From Nemertoderma westbladi (Eukaryota > Animalia > Xenacoelomorpha), in assembly GCA_032718475.1 (NCBI GenBank), contig JAUCBJ010007537.1:1-44548 (forward strand): a DNA stretch of 44,548 bases. Direction: 5' to 3'. Below are positions 24,525 through 38,686 of this stretch, piece after piece. The notes under the pieces were generated by a model. The model was not told the origin of the DNA and did not search any database. It saw only the letters and a program-made list of their open reading frames with translations. Numbering within the stretch: position 1 is the first letter of the stretch; every line of letters begins with the position of its first letter. The position numbers were made by a program, and so were the translations under genes.

Positions 24525-25278
24525 TGTAAATTACAAGTAGCTCAGAATAAAGTAGTACGATTTATTAAAGACTACAAACCTAGGCACCACCTAACTCCAG
24601 ATGACTTTTCTGCATCTGGACTACTTAACTTAGATAGTAGAGTTAAGCAGCTACGACTTAACCATGTGCATAAAGTGTATAATGGTAAATATCCCAATTA
24701 CCTAAAACAAAAATTCAACAGAGTACGCGATACACACTCTTACAGTACCAGAGCTAGTGCTTCAAACTTCTACCTCCCGAATTGTAAATCCTTTGAATCT
24801 GATACTTTCTTTTTTAACGGCATTAAAAATTGGAACGCTTTGCCTAATGAAATTAAAAACCTAGATAATCAACATTCTTTTAAATCTGCAGTTAAATCTC
24901 ACCTCCTTGTGCAATGTAAAAATAGGTACAATAGTCCTACAGTAAGTTATTAGTTTATTAATTATTTACTATTTATACTGTAATTACGTTTTATAATAAA
25001 TTGTTCTGTACATTACATCTTTATCGTTGAGTCGGACATTGTCACGCTCTCGGTAAAGTTGTACATGTACATAGTGTAATTACGTTTTATATTGGTTTTA
25101 GGTTAGCGTAGTGTAATATTGTATTTGTAACCAAGTAACATAAAGGACCCCCTTGGAAATAAGCTGCAAAGCTTTAGGGGTAATCCTATATGTTATGTTG
25201 GACAATACCTTTATGCCGGTGCATTGTTTGGTGTATTTGTTATTGTTTTTTACATAATGTATAAATAAATCTATCTAT
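24525..25278 (+). mobile_element. 3' end of an L2/Crack-type (CR1 group) LINE
   Basis: Translation KLQVAQNKVVRFI...HSYSTR...FFFNGIKNWNALPNEIK...SFKSAVKSHL is a typical ORF2 C-terminus. It is followed by a 3' UTR ending AATAAATCTATCTAT. Confidence 0.78.
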
Positions 25279-25367
25279 GACTACATAATGTTGATAAAGT
25301 TACTAAGTTAGGTAGATCTAATAGCCATGCACAGTTTACGTAGGACTCAAATACACGTAGTCTCCGC

Positions 25368-25421
25368 TACTAGGATCGGCATGCTGCATTGCAGCTGCAT
25401 TTTTAAGAATGCGAATCACTC
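25368..25421 (-). mobile_element. 54-bp extreme 5'-truncated copy of the RTE-clade LINE 3' end
   Basis: Reverse complement of gcattcttaaaaatgcagctgcaatgcagcatgccgatcctagta. 10-bp TSD TAGTCTCCGC at 25358-25367 and 25422-25431. Confidence 0.9.
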
Positions 25422-25431
25422 TAGTCTCCGC

Positions 25432-26108
25432 AGACACTTTTACAAAGGAGAGTGTTAAAGTGGTGAAGCACCTTGAAGTTGCTACAAGAGAATGCATTGT
25501 ATATGAGTCGCATAGTTTGCAGCTGGATCATTGTTGCAATATCGACTCCAAATAAACTACCTATAATTTCATTAGAGATGTATCTTCCAACTTGGAGTAA
25601 CCTCCGCATACCTTTCAAAATGGATTTCCCTATATCCTTAATGCACTGTTTCAGAATTAAAGTGCAGCCATAGAGAATTGATGGTAGACATACCGTGCAC
25701 CACAGTTTACATATAATACCCAGTGGGACATTGTCAAGACAGAATCCCCGTGACCTCATGTAGCTTGTCTGTGACCAACATTTTGACTTAAAGTGAGATT
25801 CAATGGCATGCTTCGTTGCAGGAAGTGGAAGACCTAGATACGTACAAGGTACAACTATCAGTTGACAGAAACTCTGTAGTGCTCCCTGTCACCCGAAGTC
25901 GATCACCAATGCAAACGGTTGAGTTGACGTTTAGTCACAGATATTTTGTCTTCCTAATGTTGAGATTTAGTCCATGCTGAACAAAGTAGTTCTCACACAT
26001 TACAATTAGACCCTCCAAATCTGACTTAAGTTGGCTAGCAACACTATATCATCACCGTATCCTATTCCCCCATAGGAAAGATTGCCAATATGAATCCCTA
26101 AGCCACTA
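25432..26108 (-). pseudogene. Degenerate non-LTR reverse transcriptase fragment (RTE-X-like), a different family from the intron 1 LINE
   Basis: Minus strand reads GIHIGNL..GIGYGDDIV (YADD box), then HGLNLNIRKTK, TYLGL and CLPSILYGC, with frameshifts. Confidence 0.7.
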
Positions 26109-29100
26109 AGTATCACTTTGTGCTGTATTTGTCTGTGTATATTACAATAGTATCACTTTGTGCTGTATTTGTCTGTGTATATTACAATAGTATCACTGTG
26201 TGCTGTATTTGTCTGTGTATATTACAATAGTATCACAGTGTGCTGTATTTGTCTGTGTATATTACTATAGTATCACTTTGTGCTGTATTTGTCTGTGTAT
26301 ATTACTATAGTATCACTTTGTGCTGTATTTGTCTGTGTATATTACTATAGTATCACTTTGTGCTGTATTTGTCTGTGTATTTTATGATAGTATCACTTTG
26401 TGCTGTATTTGTCTGTGTATATTACAATAGTATCACTGTGTGCTGTATTTGTCTGTGTATATTACTATAGTATCACTTTGTGCTGTATTTGTCTGTGTAT
26501 ATTACTATAGTATCACTTTGTGCTGTATTTGTCTGTGTATATTACTATAGTATCACTTTGTGCTGTATTTGTCTGTGTATTTTATGATAGTATCACTTTG
26601 TGCTGTATTTGTCTGTGTATATTACTATAGTATCACTTTGTGCTGTATTTGTCTGTGTATATTACTCTAGTATCACTTTGTGCTGTATTTGTCTGTGTAT
26701 TTTATGATAGTATCACTTTGTGCTGTATTTGTCTGTGTATATTACAATAGTATCACTTTGTGCTGTATTTGTCTGTGTATATTACTATAGTATCACTTTG
26801 TGCTGTATTTGTCTGTGTATATTACTATAGTATCACTTTGTGCTGTATTTGTCTGTGTATATTACTATAGTATCACTTTGTGCTGTATTTGTCTGTGTAT
26901 ATTACTATAGTATCACTTTGTGCTGTATTTGTCTGTGTATATTACTCTAGTATCACTTTGTGCTGTATTTGTCTGTGTATTTTATGATAGTATCACTTTG
27001 TGATGTATTTGTCTGTGTATATTACAATAGTATCACTTTGTGCAGTATTTGTCTGTGTATATTACAATAGTATCACTTTGTGCTGTATTTGTCTGTGTAT
27101 ATTACTATAGTATCACTTTGTGCTGTATTTGTCTGTGTATATTACAATAGTATCACTTTGTGCTGTATTTGTCTGTGTATATTACGATAGTATCACTTTG
27201 TGCTGTATTTGTCTGTGTATATTACGATAGTATCACTTTGTGCTGTATTTGTCTGTGTATATTACTATAGTATCACTTTGTGCTGTATTTGTCTGTGTAT
27301 ATTACGATAGTATCACTTTATGCTGTATTTGTCTGTGTATATTACTATAGTATCACTTTGTGCTGTATTTGTCTGTGTATTTTATGATAGTATCACTTTG
27401 TGCTGTATTTGTCTGTGTATTTTATGATAGTATCACTTTGTGCTGTATTTGTCTGTGTATATTACTATAGTATCACTTTGTGCTGTATTTGTCTGTGTAT
27501 TTTATGATAGTATCACTTTGTGCTGTATTTGTCTGTGTATATTACTATAGTATCACTTTGTGCTGTATTTGTCTGTGTATTTTATGATAGTATCACTTTG
27601 TGCTGTATTTGTCTGTGTATATTACTATAGTATCACTTTGTGCTGTATTTGTCTGTGTATATTACTCTAGTATCACTTTTTGCTGTATTTGTCTGTGTAT
27701 TTTATGATAGTATCACTTTGTGCTGTATTTGTCTGTGTATATTACTCTAGTATCACTTTGTGCTGTATTTGTCTGTGTATTTTATGATAGTATCACTTTG
27801 TGCTGTATTTGTCTGTGTATATTACAATAGTATCACTGTGTGCTGTATTTGTCTGTGTATATTACTATAGTATCACTTTGTGCTGTATTTGTCTGTGTAT
27901 ATTACTATAGTATCACTTTGTGCTGTATTTGTCTGTGTATATTACTATAGTATCACTTTGTGCTGTATTTGTCTGTGTATATTACTATAGTATCACTTCG
28001 TGCTGTATTTGTCTGTGTATATTACTCTAGTATCACTTTGTGCTGTATTTGTCTGTGTATTTTATGATAGTATCACTTTATGCTGTATTTGTCTGTGTAT
28101 ATTACTATAGTATCACTTTGTGCTGTATTTGTCTGTGTATATTACTATAGTATCACTTCGTGCTGTATTTGTCTGTGTATATTACTCTAGTATCACTTTG
28201 TGCTGTATTTGTCTGTGTATTTTATGATAGTATCACTTTGTGCTGTATTTGTCTGTGTATATTACTCTAGTATCACTTTGTGCTGTATTTGTCTGTGTAT
28301 TTTATGATAGTATCACTTTGTGCTGTATTTGTCTGTGTATATTACAATAGTATCACTGTGTGCTGTATTTGTCTGTGTATATTACTATAGTATCACTTTG
28401 TGCTGTATTTGTCTGTGTATATTACTATAGTATCACTTTGTGCTGTATTTGTCTGTGTATTTTATGATAGTATCACTGTGTGCTGTATTTGTCTGTGTAT
28501 ATTACTATAGTATCACTGTGTGCTGTATTTGTCTGTGTATATTACTATAGTATCACTTTGTGCTGTATTTGTCTGTGTATATTACGATAGTATCACTTTG
28601 TGCTGTATTTGTCTGTGTATATTACGATAGTATCACTTTGTGCTGTATTTGTCTGTGTATATTACTATAGTATCACTTTGTGCTGTATTTGTCTGTGTAT
28701 ATTACGATAGTATCACTTTATGCTGTATTTGTCTGTGTATATTACTATAGTATCACTTTGTGCTGTATTTGTCTGTGTATTTTATGATAGTATCACTTTG
28801 TGCTGTATTTGTCTGTGTATTTTATGATAGTATCACTTTGTGCTGTATTTGTCTGTGTATATTACTATAGTATCAATTTGTGCTGTATTTGTCTGTGTAT
28901 TTTATGATAGTATCACTTTGTGCTGTATTTGTCTGTGTATATTACTATAGTATCACTTTGTGCTGTATTTGTCTGTGTATTTTATGATAGTATCACTTTG
29001 TGCTGTATTTGTCTGTGTATATTACTATAGTATCACTTTGTGCTGTATTTGTCTGTGTATATTACTCTAGTATCACTTTGTGCTGTATTTGTCTGTGTAT

Positions 29101-30345
29101 TTTATGATAGTATCACTTTGTGCTGTATTTGTCTGTGTATATTACTCTAGTATTACTTTGTGCTGTATTTGTCTGTGTATTTTATGATTGTATCACTTTG
29201 TGCTGTATTTGTCTGTGTATATTACAATAGTATCACTGTGTGCTGTATTTGTCTGTGTATATTACTATAGTATCACTTTGTGCTGTATTTTTCTGTGTAT
29301 ATTACTATAGTATCACTTTGTGCTGTATTTGTCTGTGTATATTACTATAGTATCACTTTGTGCTGTATTTGTCTGTGTATTTTATGATAGTATCACTTTG
29401 TGCTGTATTTGTCTGTGTATATTACTATAGTATCACTTTGTGCTGTATTTGTCTGTGTATATTACGATAGTATCACTTTATGCTGTATTTGTCTGTGTAT
29501 ATTACTATAGTATCACTTTGTGCTGTATTTGTCTGTGTATATTACTATAGTATCACTTCGTGCTGTATTTGTCTGTGTATATTACTCTAGTATCACTTTG
29601 TGCTGTATTTGTCTGTGTATTTTATGATAGTATCACTTTGTGCTGTATTTGTCTGTGTATATTACTCTAGTATCACTTTGTGCTGTATTTGTCTGTGTAT
29701 TTTATGATAGTATCACTTTGTGCTGTATTTGTCTGTGTATATTACAATAGTATCACTTTGTGCTGTATTTGTCTGTGTATATTACTATAGTATCACTTTG
29801 TGCTGTATTTGTCTGTGTATATTACTATAGTATCACTTTGTGCTGTATTTGTCTGTGTATATTACGATAGTATCACTTTGTGCTGTATTTGTCTGTGTAT
29901 ATTACAATAGTATCACTGTGTGCTGTATTTGTCTGTGTATATTACTATAGTATCACTTTGTGCTGTATTTGTCTGTGTATATTACAATAGTATCACTGTG
30001 TGCTGTATTTGTCTGTGTATATTACTATAGTATCACTTCGTGCTGTATTTGTCTGTGTATATTACTCTAGTATCACTTTGTGCTGTATTTGTCTGTGTAT
30101 TTTATGATAGTATCACTGTGTGCTGTATTTGTCTGTGTATATTACTATAGTATCACTGTGTGCTGTATTTGTCTGTGTATATTACTATAGTATCACTTTG
30201 TGCTGTAGTTGTCTGTGTATATTACAATAGTATCACTTTGTGCTGTATTTGTCTGTGTAATATTACAATAGTATCACTTTGTGCTGTATTTGTCTGTGTA
30301 TATTACTATAGTATCACTGTGTGCTGTATTTGTCTGTGTATATTT
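26109..30345. repeat. 40-bp satellite array (~4.2 kb, about 106 copies)
   Basis: Unit agtatcactttgtgctgtatttgtctgtgtatattactat. The 40-bp phase is kept without indels until about 30260. Confidence 0.99.
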
Positions 30346-30436
30346 TAGTACCATGTTTTTATGGGCAAACATTGCCCGAATTAAAGAATAGTAATACTAA
30401 TAGTTTTAATAGTTTAATAGTTATCTAACAATGCAT

Positions 30437-30506
30437 ATATCCCCAACCAGACACTATAAAACATTGGAGGTGTCACATTGGTTCCCCAAAGCTTGACACT
30501 GGAACA
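30437..30506 (+). mobile_element. Short internal fragment of the RTE-clade LINE, inverted relative to the adjacent copy
   Basis: ccaaccagacactata...acattggaggtgtc.cattggttcccc.aagcttgacact matches 12043-12105. Confidence 0.8.
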
Positions 30507-30634
30507 TGTGGCTGCATAGACCCTCTTAATAAGGGCATAATCTGGTCCTGTAACTAGGACCCCCTTCGTTCGGAACACCCTTGGTCCTGTGTCAAGGACC
30601 CATATACTCGGCTGCAGGGGTATATGGCCTGACC

Positions 30635-31700
30635 ACTACTACTACTACTAGGATCGGCATGCTGCATTGCAGCTGCATTTTTAAGAATGCTGTGCCGGCT
30701 TGTCAACAAAATTGCACCGCCACAACTCCCTATCACCCATGACATTTGCTAGATTATCCGCATCTTTAAGGCCAGTGTCCTTTAAGATGCGTCTCAAGAA
30801 AGTCATGGGCTGTCCACCATGCTTATTCACTCCATGAGGCTGCCAAAGTACAAGATTATGCACTGGCTGGTCCTCACGGCGAAAGCAGTGTCCTGCAAAG
30901 CGGAGGCGATTTTGTTCTAGTGTCAAGCTTGGGGGAACCAATGAGACACCTCCAATGTTATATAGTGTCTGGTTGGAGATGTGTGCATTGAACTTGACAC
31001 AATGAACCCGGCGTAGCATTCTTGTGAATGTGCCATCCAGAGATTTGGTGTCCTCAGCAGTTAGAGCCCAGCATGGACTCCCGTAGAGGAGTACTGGAAC
31101 TACTGCTGCTCTAAATAATCGGACCTTAAGTGTCCGATTAATTCTCGGTGACTTCCAAATCCTGGAAAGCCTATTCAAAGCTGCCCATGCCTTTCCCTTA
31201 CGTATACGAAGGTCCTCACCTGACTTCCGGATCTATGATCCCAGGTAACAGAAGTCGTCCACATGCTCAAGCATACCATCCTTTGAGCTTATGCTCAACC
31301 GATCAGAGACTTGCTGAGGACTTTCAAAGTTAACGGTCATAATTTTGGTCTTTCTGGAGTTAATAAAAAGACCAACACTAGAAGCAGCATGTTCTAATGA
31401 GCTGAGGAGCCGTTGGGCTCCCTCTAATGATTCTGAGAGTACTCCTAAGTCATCAGCAAAGTCTAGATCAGTTAGGTACTTGGCAGGATTTCCTCGACTT
31501 CTGGAGCCATTATGATGATCTAAGGACATGCGTAGAACATAGTCAACCACAATAATGAACAAGAATGGTGCAAGTGTGTCTCCTTGGAGGACGCCCCATA
31601 ACACTTCAAATGGTTTTGCGTCACCGTCAACAGTAGACACAAATGTTGTCGGACCATCGTATACTGATCGATTGCTGCAATAATTTCATCAAGGATCCCA
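30635..31700 (-). mobile_element. Second truncated copy of the RTE-clade LINE
   Basis: GVLQGDTLAPFLFIIVVDYVLR and DLDFADDL; near-identical to 11464-12330; intact 3' UTR and (TAG)n tail at about 30635-30651. Premature stop at 31233, a frameshift near 31185 and a 30-bp deletion near 31508. Homology may resume near 31800-31830. Confidence 0.92.
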
Positions 31701-31851
31701 TTTTATGAAAGTATGCTGAACATACGTCAACCAACGGCGACCTACTGCGAAGATGCTTGTAGGAGTTGCGACCACAAGCGGTTTACTCTCGTAACTGAAA
31801 GATATGAGTATTGCAACCCTCCAGGAGAACAGTATGTGCCATGGCAATACT

Positions 31852-34127
31852 CTACAGTCTGGGGGGGCTACTGTCTGGGGGGCTACTATCTGGGGGGCTA
31901 TTGTCCGGGGGCTACTGTCTGGGACTTACTGTCCGGGGGCTACTGTCCGGGGGCTACTGTCTGGGGGCTACTGTCTGGGGGGCTACTGTTTGCGGGGCTA
32001 CTATCTGGGGGCTACTGTCTGGGGTTTACTGTCTGGTGGCTACTATCTGGGGGGCTATTGTCCGGGGGCTACTTTCTGGGGGCTACTGTCTGGGGGGCTA
32101 CTATCTGGGGGGCTACTGTCTAGGGGCTACTGTCTGGGACTTACTATCCGGGGGCTACTGTCTGGGGGGCTACTGTCCGGTGGCTACTGTCCGGGGGGCT
32201 ACTTTCTGGGGTTTACTGTCTGGGGGCTACTATCTGGGGGGCTATTGTCCGGGGGCTACTTTCTGGGGGCTACTGTCTGGGGGGCTATTGTCCGGGGCCT
32301 ACTGTCTGGGGGGCTACTATCTGGGACTTACTGTCCGGGGGCTACTGTCTGGGGGCTACTGTCCGGGGGCTACTTTCTGGGGGCTACTATCTGGGACTTA
32401 CTGTCCGGGGGCTACTGTCTGGGGGGCTACTGTCCGGGGGCTACTGTCTGGTGGGCTATTGTCCGGGGCCTACTGTCTGGGGGGCTACTATCTGGGACTT
32501 ACTGTCCGGGGGCTACTGTCTGGGGGGCTACTGTCCGGGGGCTACTTTCTGGGGGCTACTGTCTGGGGTTTACTGTCTGGGGGCTACTATGTGGGGGGCT
32601 ATTGTCCGGGGGCTACTTTCTGGGGGCTACTGTCTGGGGTTTACTGTCTGGGGGCTACTATCTGGGGGGCTATTGTCCAGGGGCTACTATCTGGGGGGCT
32701 ACTGTCCGGGGGCTACTATCTGGGGGGCTACTATCTGGGGGGCTACTGTCCGGGGGCTACTGTCTGGGGGGCTACTGTCTGGGGGCTACTGTCCGGGGGC
32801 TACTGTCTGGGGGCTACTGTCTGCGGGGCTACTGTCCGGGGGCTACTGTCTGGGGGCTACTGTCCGGGGGGCTACTGTCTGGGGGCTACTGTCCGGGGGC
32901 TACTGTCTGGGGGCTACTGTCCGGGGGCTACTGTCCGGGGGGCTACTGTCCTGGGGGCTACTGTCTGGGGGCTACTGTCTGGGGGGCTACTGTCCGGGGT
33001 GCTACTGTCCGGGGGGCTACTGTCTGGGGGCTACTGTCTGGGGGCTACTGTCTGGGGGCTACTGTCCGGGGGCTACTGTCTGGGGGGCTACTGTCCTGGG
33101 GCTACTGTCTGGGGGGCTACTGTCTGGGGCTACTGTCCGGGGGCTACTGTCCGGGGGGCTACTGTCTGGGGGCTACTGTCTGGGGGCTACTGTCTGGGGG
33201 GCTACTGTCCGGGGGCTACTGTCCGGGGGCTACTGTCTGGGGGCTACTGTCTGGGGGCTACTGTCTGGGGGCTACTGTCTGGGGGCTACTGTCCTGGGGG
33301 CTACTGTCTGGGGGCTACTGTCTGGGGGCTACTGTCTGGGGGCTACTGTCCGGGGGCTACTGTCATGGGGCTACGCGGGGGGCTACTGTCTGGGGGCTAC
33401 TGTCCGGGGGCTACTGTCTGGGGGCTACTGTCTGGGGGCTACTGTCTGGGGGGCTACTGTCTGGGGGCTACTGTCCGGGGGCTACTGTCTGGGGGGCTAC
33501 TGTCTGGGGGCTACTGTCCGGGGGCTACTGTCTGGGGGCTACTGTCTGGGGGCTACTGTCCGGGGGGCTACTGTCTGGGGGGCTACTGTCTGGGGGCTAC
33601 TGTCTGGGGGCTACTGTCCTGGGGGGCTACTGTCCGGGGGGCTACTGTCTGGGGGCTACTGTCCTGGGGGCTACTGTCTGGGGGCTACTGTCCTGGGGGC
33701 TACTGTCCGGGGGCTACTGTCTGGGGGCTACTGTCTGGGGGCTACTGTCCGGGGGCTACTGTCCGGGGGCTACTGTCTGGGGGCTACTGTCCTGGGGGGC
33801 TACTGTCTGGGGGCTACTGTCCGGGGGCTACTGTCCTGGGGGCTACTGTCTGGGGGGCTACTGTCTGGGGGCTACTGTCCGGGGGCTACTGTCTGGGGGC
33901 TACTGTCTGGGGGCTACTGTCCGGGGGGCTACTGTCTGGGGGCTACTGTCCGGGGGCTACTGTCTGGGGGGCTACTGTCTGGGGGCTACTGTCCGGGGGC
34001 TACTGTCTGGGGGCTACTGTCCGGGGGGCTACTGTCCGGGGGGCTACTGTCTGGGGGCTACTGTCTGGGGGCTACTGTCTGGGGGCTACTGTCTGGGGGG
34101 CTATTGTCCGGGGGCTACTATCTGGGA
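31852..34127. repeat. G-rich ~15-bp minisatellite (ggggctactgtc[c/t]g), about 150 copies
   Basis: Runs of 4-7 G separated by ctactgtct/ctactgtcc; more diverged on the left, homogeneous on the right. Confidence 0.98.
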
Positions 34128-34303
34128 GCTTTTATATGGTAAATGATAATAAATTTATAAAGTAACAATTATATAGCAAAACGATAAAAAAGCAGATCGT
34201 AATACTGGTAGTGAATATTATTTATCGATATCAGTTCCTTTACAGTGAATCACAAGAAAGTCAGAGGTAAATAGCCTCCAAAATGAATGATAGGAGGTGG
34301 CCC

Positions 34304-34847
34304 TGTAGGTAGAGGCTTAACTATAATAGTCCGGAGAATCAGCAACCAGCCAAATAAAAGTCTTTCATGGTTCGCCGCTCTAATTGTAACCGGTAAAGTA
34401 TGTGCTGAGTGGAGGTAGAGTGGATGACAGGGTAGCTAGTGGGTAGCAGTAGGAGGGACGTTTGGGCTCTTTGCGAACAATGTAACATTGTCTCGCTAGT
34501 GGCGAGATCGTGCCTAATTGGTTCTGCATCACTGAGCAAGGCTTTAAAGGGGCAGGGCATTGGGAGCTTTAGGTAGGTCTGCATGTCTGCTAGCCATTAC
34601 CCGTACAGTCATGGGACGGTCCATAACGGCTTAGGTAACAATATATCGGTAACCCGGTGCATTACACCGTGATACCGAGATCATTGTTCCTCTGTTATTT
34701 ATGGCCCCATGGTGCCTCGCTTTTGGCGAAGCTAAAAGCAAATAAACTCGTATGGACCGGGCCAAGCAATGGCCTGTTTGCGGTATAGGCTACATTCTGT
34801 AATGCTGTACCACAGTCCACAATAATAGGACCCCAGTTCAGGTGACA
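34304..34847 (+). mobile_element. Dispersed ~540-bp repeat, LTR-like (copy 2)
   Basis: TGTAGG at 34304 to GGTGACA at 34847, AATAAA at 34741, PPT-like tract at about 34289-34300. The supplied ORFs 1776-2021(+) and 34339-34584(-) differ at only one residue. Confidence 0.55.
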
Positions 34848-35043
34848 TAGGCTTAGGGGCGATTTGAGTATCTTATATGTTTGTATTGTTACCGTTGTAG
34901 TATATCCAGACATTTATCTGATACTGTACTGCACTTTATTTAGAGCATCCACAGTAAGTACTGCAGTATATATGTGCACTATGCAGTGATCATCTGTTTG
35001 CAATATTAATAGACATAATTAACACACCTAGCGTGATCGTGAT

Positions 35044-35115
35044 TTGTCGACAACCCGCCGGCACAGCATTCTAGAAATGCAGCTGCAATGCAGCATGCCG
35101 ACCCTAGTAGTAGTA
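35044..35115 (+). mobile_element. 72-bp extreme 5'-truncated copy of the RTE-clade LINE 3' end
   Basis: gccggcacagcattct...tgcagctgcaatgcagcatgccgaccctagtagtagta flanked by the 11-bp TSD GTGATCGTGAT (35033-35043 and 35116-35126). Confidence 0.9.
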
Positions 35116-35514
35116 GTGATCGTGATACCTAAGAAGTACCATACTATTAATATTATTATTATTATTATTATTATATTATTTGGGTGGAGACACCGCTGTG
35201 ATAAAAGCGTATAAAAAAACTGCACATAATAAACCAGGAGAAAGTTAAACAGTGAATAAATATATACTTATACTATGGCACCATATTAAAATAAGATTAA
35301 AAACGAAATTAAACTACGCTAAAATATTATTACATGTTAAAATAAAAGTGTAGGTCGCTAAAAAGAGTTGAACTCAGATAGAACTAATGATATGAAAAAT
35401 AGAAAATAATTAGAAATTGGCATAGTTACAAATTGCGGTCAAATTTAATCCAATTGTTAAAATCGAACCCATAAATATGGCGTTTGAACAATTCAACTGA
35501 TTCAACTGTTCTCA

Positions 35515-37506
<1,992 letters not shown>

Positions 37507-38553
37507 TCATTTTTCCCGCAATGCGCAGTGTAGGTGGTTTTGCGGACATAACAAGTCATTTTTGCCGCAATACGCAGAATACTCTAAAATAGCCCTGAAT
37601 TTATTCCCCTACGTGACGGGAAGAGATTGGAGCTCAGATGACGAAATCTGTCAGCTGATTTCCTGTAGACGTGGAACCTCTTTGTTCTGCCTATTCAGCC
37701 AATCAGAGCGATTTTCCCCCTTATGTTGGACAGAGGCCTACGGAAACTCGCGCAATGCATTACGGTCTTTTTACTATTTTTCTGAGCACCAAAACCGGCT
37801 CGGAATCTTCTGTACTTCTGTGTAGAAGTTTCAGACTTTGGCATAGAACATCAGATGGCTTTGATTATAAGAACGTAAAACTATTAACATCGGAACACAT
37901 ATTTTATACAACATTTCATGCATTATGTAACACATACTGACTGTTCACCGCATTATTTTACTTCTGTTATTAATTGTTGTTATATTAATGGATATTGTTG
38001 TTATATTTGGAGAATACCGATAAATAATCATAAAACCCTCAATCTTCTTGATTACTGAGGTGAGAGGAACAGGTTTACCGGTAGCAACTGCGACTTACAT
38101 TATAGTGGTTTTTGTGTGAATTAAATGCTATTTCACAATCCCTACATGTGTCAGTTGCGATCTTCCTTATATATGATCAAATTCAGTGACGGTCGGCAGA
38201 TCAGTGTGAAGTAGTGTGAAGTCGTGTCAAGTAGTGTGAAGGTTAATAAAGCATCTCCTAAAGAATGCGCTATTTACGAAACTCAGTGGCCATCTAGTTG
38301 TGATTAGTATAAGTCATAACTCTGTTTTAATACTTAAAGCGCCACGTCCTAAAGGAACTGTAACGATCAATTGAATAATACAGTAGGTCTACACCGCAAT
38401 CACTATCAAGGAATCCGAATCCAGTCTCCCAAAACCGTGGGTGAAAGGTTGCGCACGGACTGGCTTCGGCTGATGTAACTTCAGTACACTAAGTAATTGA
38501 TATAGGCTAAAGTCGATTTATAAACAAGAGGACAACTAAAATTGGCAGGTTAA

Positions 38554-38686
38554 CCCTATTAAACCCGGGGGGGGGGGGGGGGGGGGGGTCAATATGACCC
38601 CCCCCCCTGTGGTTTTTTTTATTATAATTCTGAAACAAACGCAGTTGGGAATTTGTACAGCATTTTATAGCCCGGTACTAATATGG
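38554..38686 (-). mobile_element. 133-bp miniature piggyBac-type element (deletion derivative of 41750-43301)
   Basis: TTAA at 38550-53 and 38687-90. The sequence is the reverse complement of the right ~95 bp joined to the left ~35 bp of the larger element. Confidence 0.9.

Noticed and set aside
2303-30345. CRISPR-like appearance of the 27-, 36- and 40-bp repeats
   Set aside because: Units are head-to-tail with no unique spacers, there are no cas genes, and the context is eukaryotic with spliceosomal introns.
31804-34165. Gly-rich 560-780 aa ORFs in all three plus frames
   Set aside because: The G-rich minisatellite lacks stop codons, and variable G-run lengths scramble the frame.
37585-38276. 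Possible MITE bounded by AATAGC...GCTATT
   Set aside because: The terminal match is only about 6 bp, with no convincing TSD or second copy.
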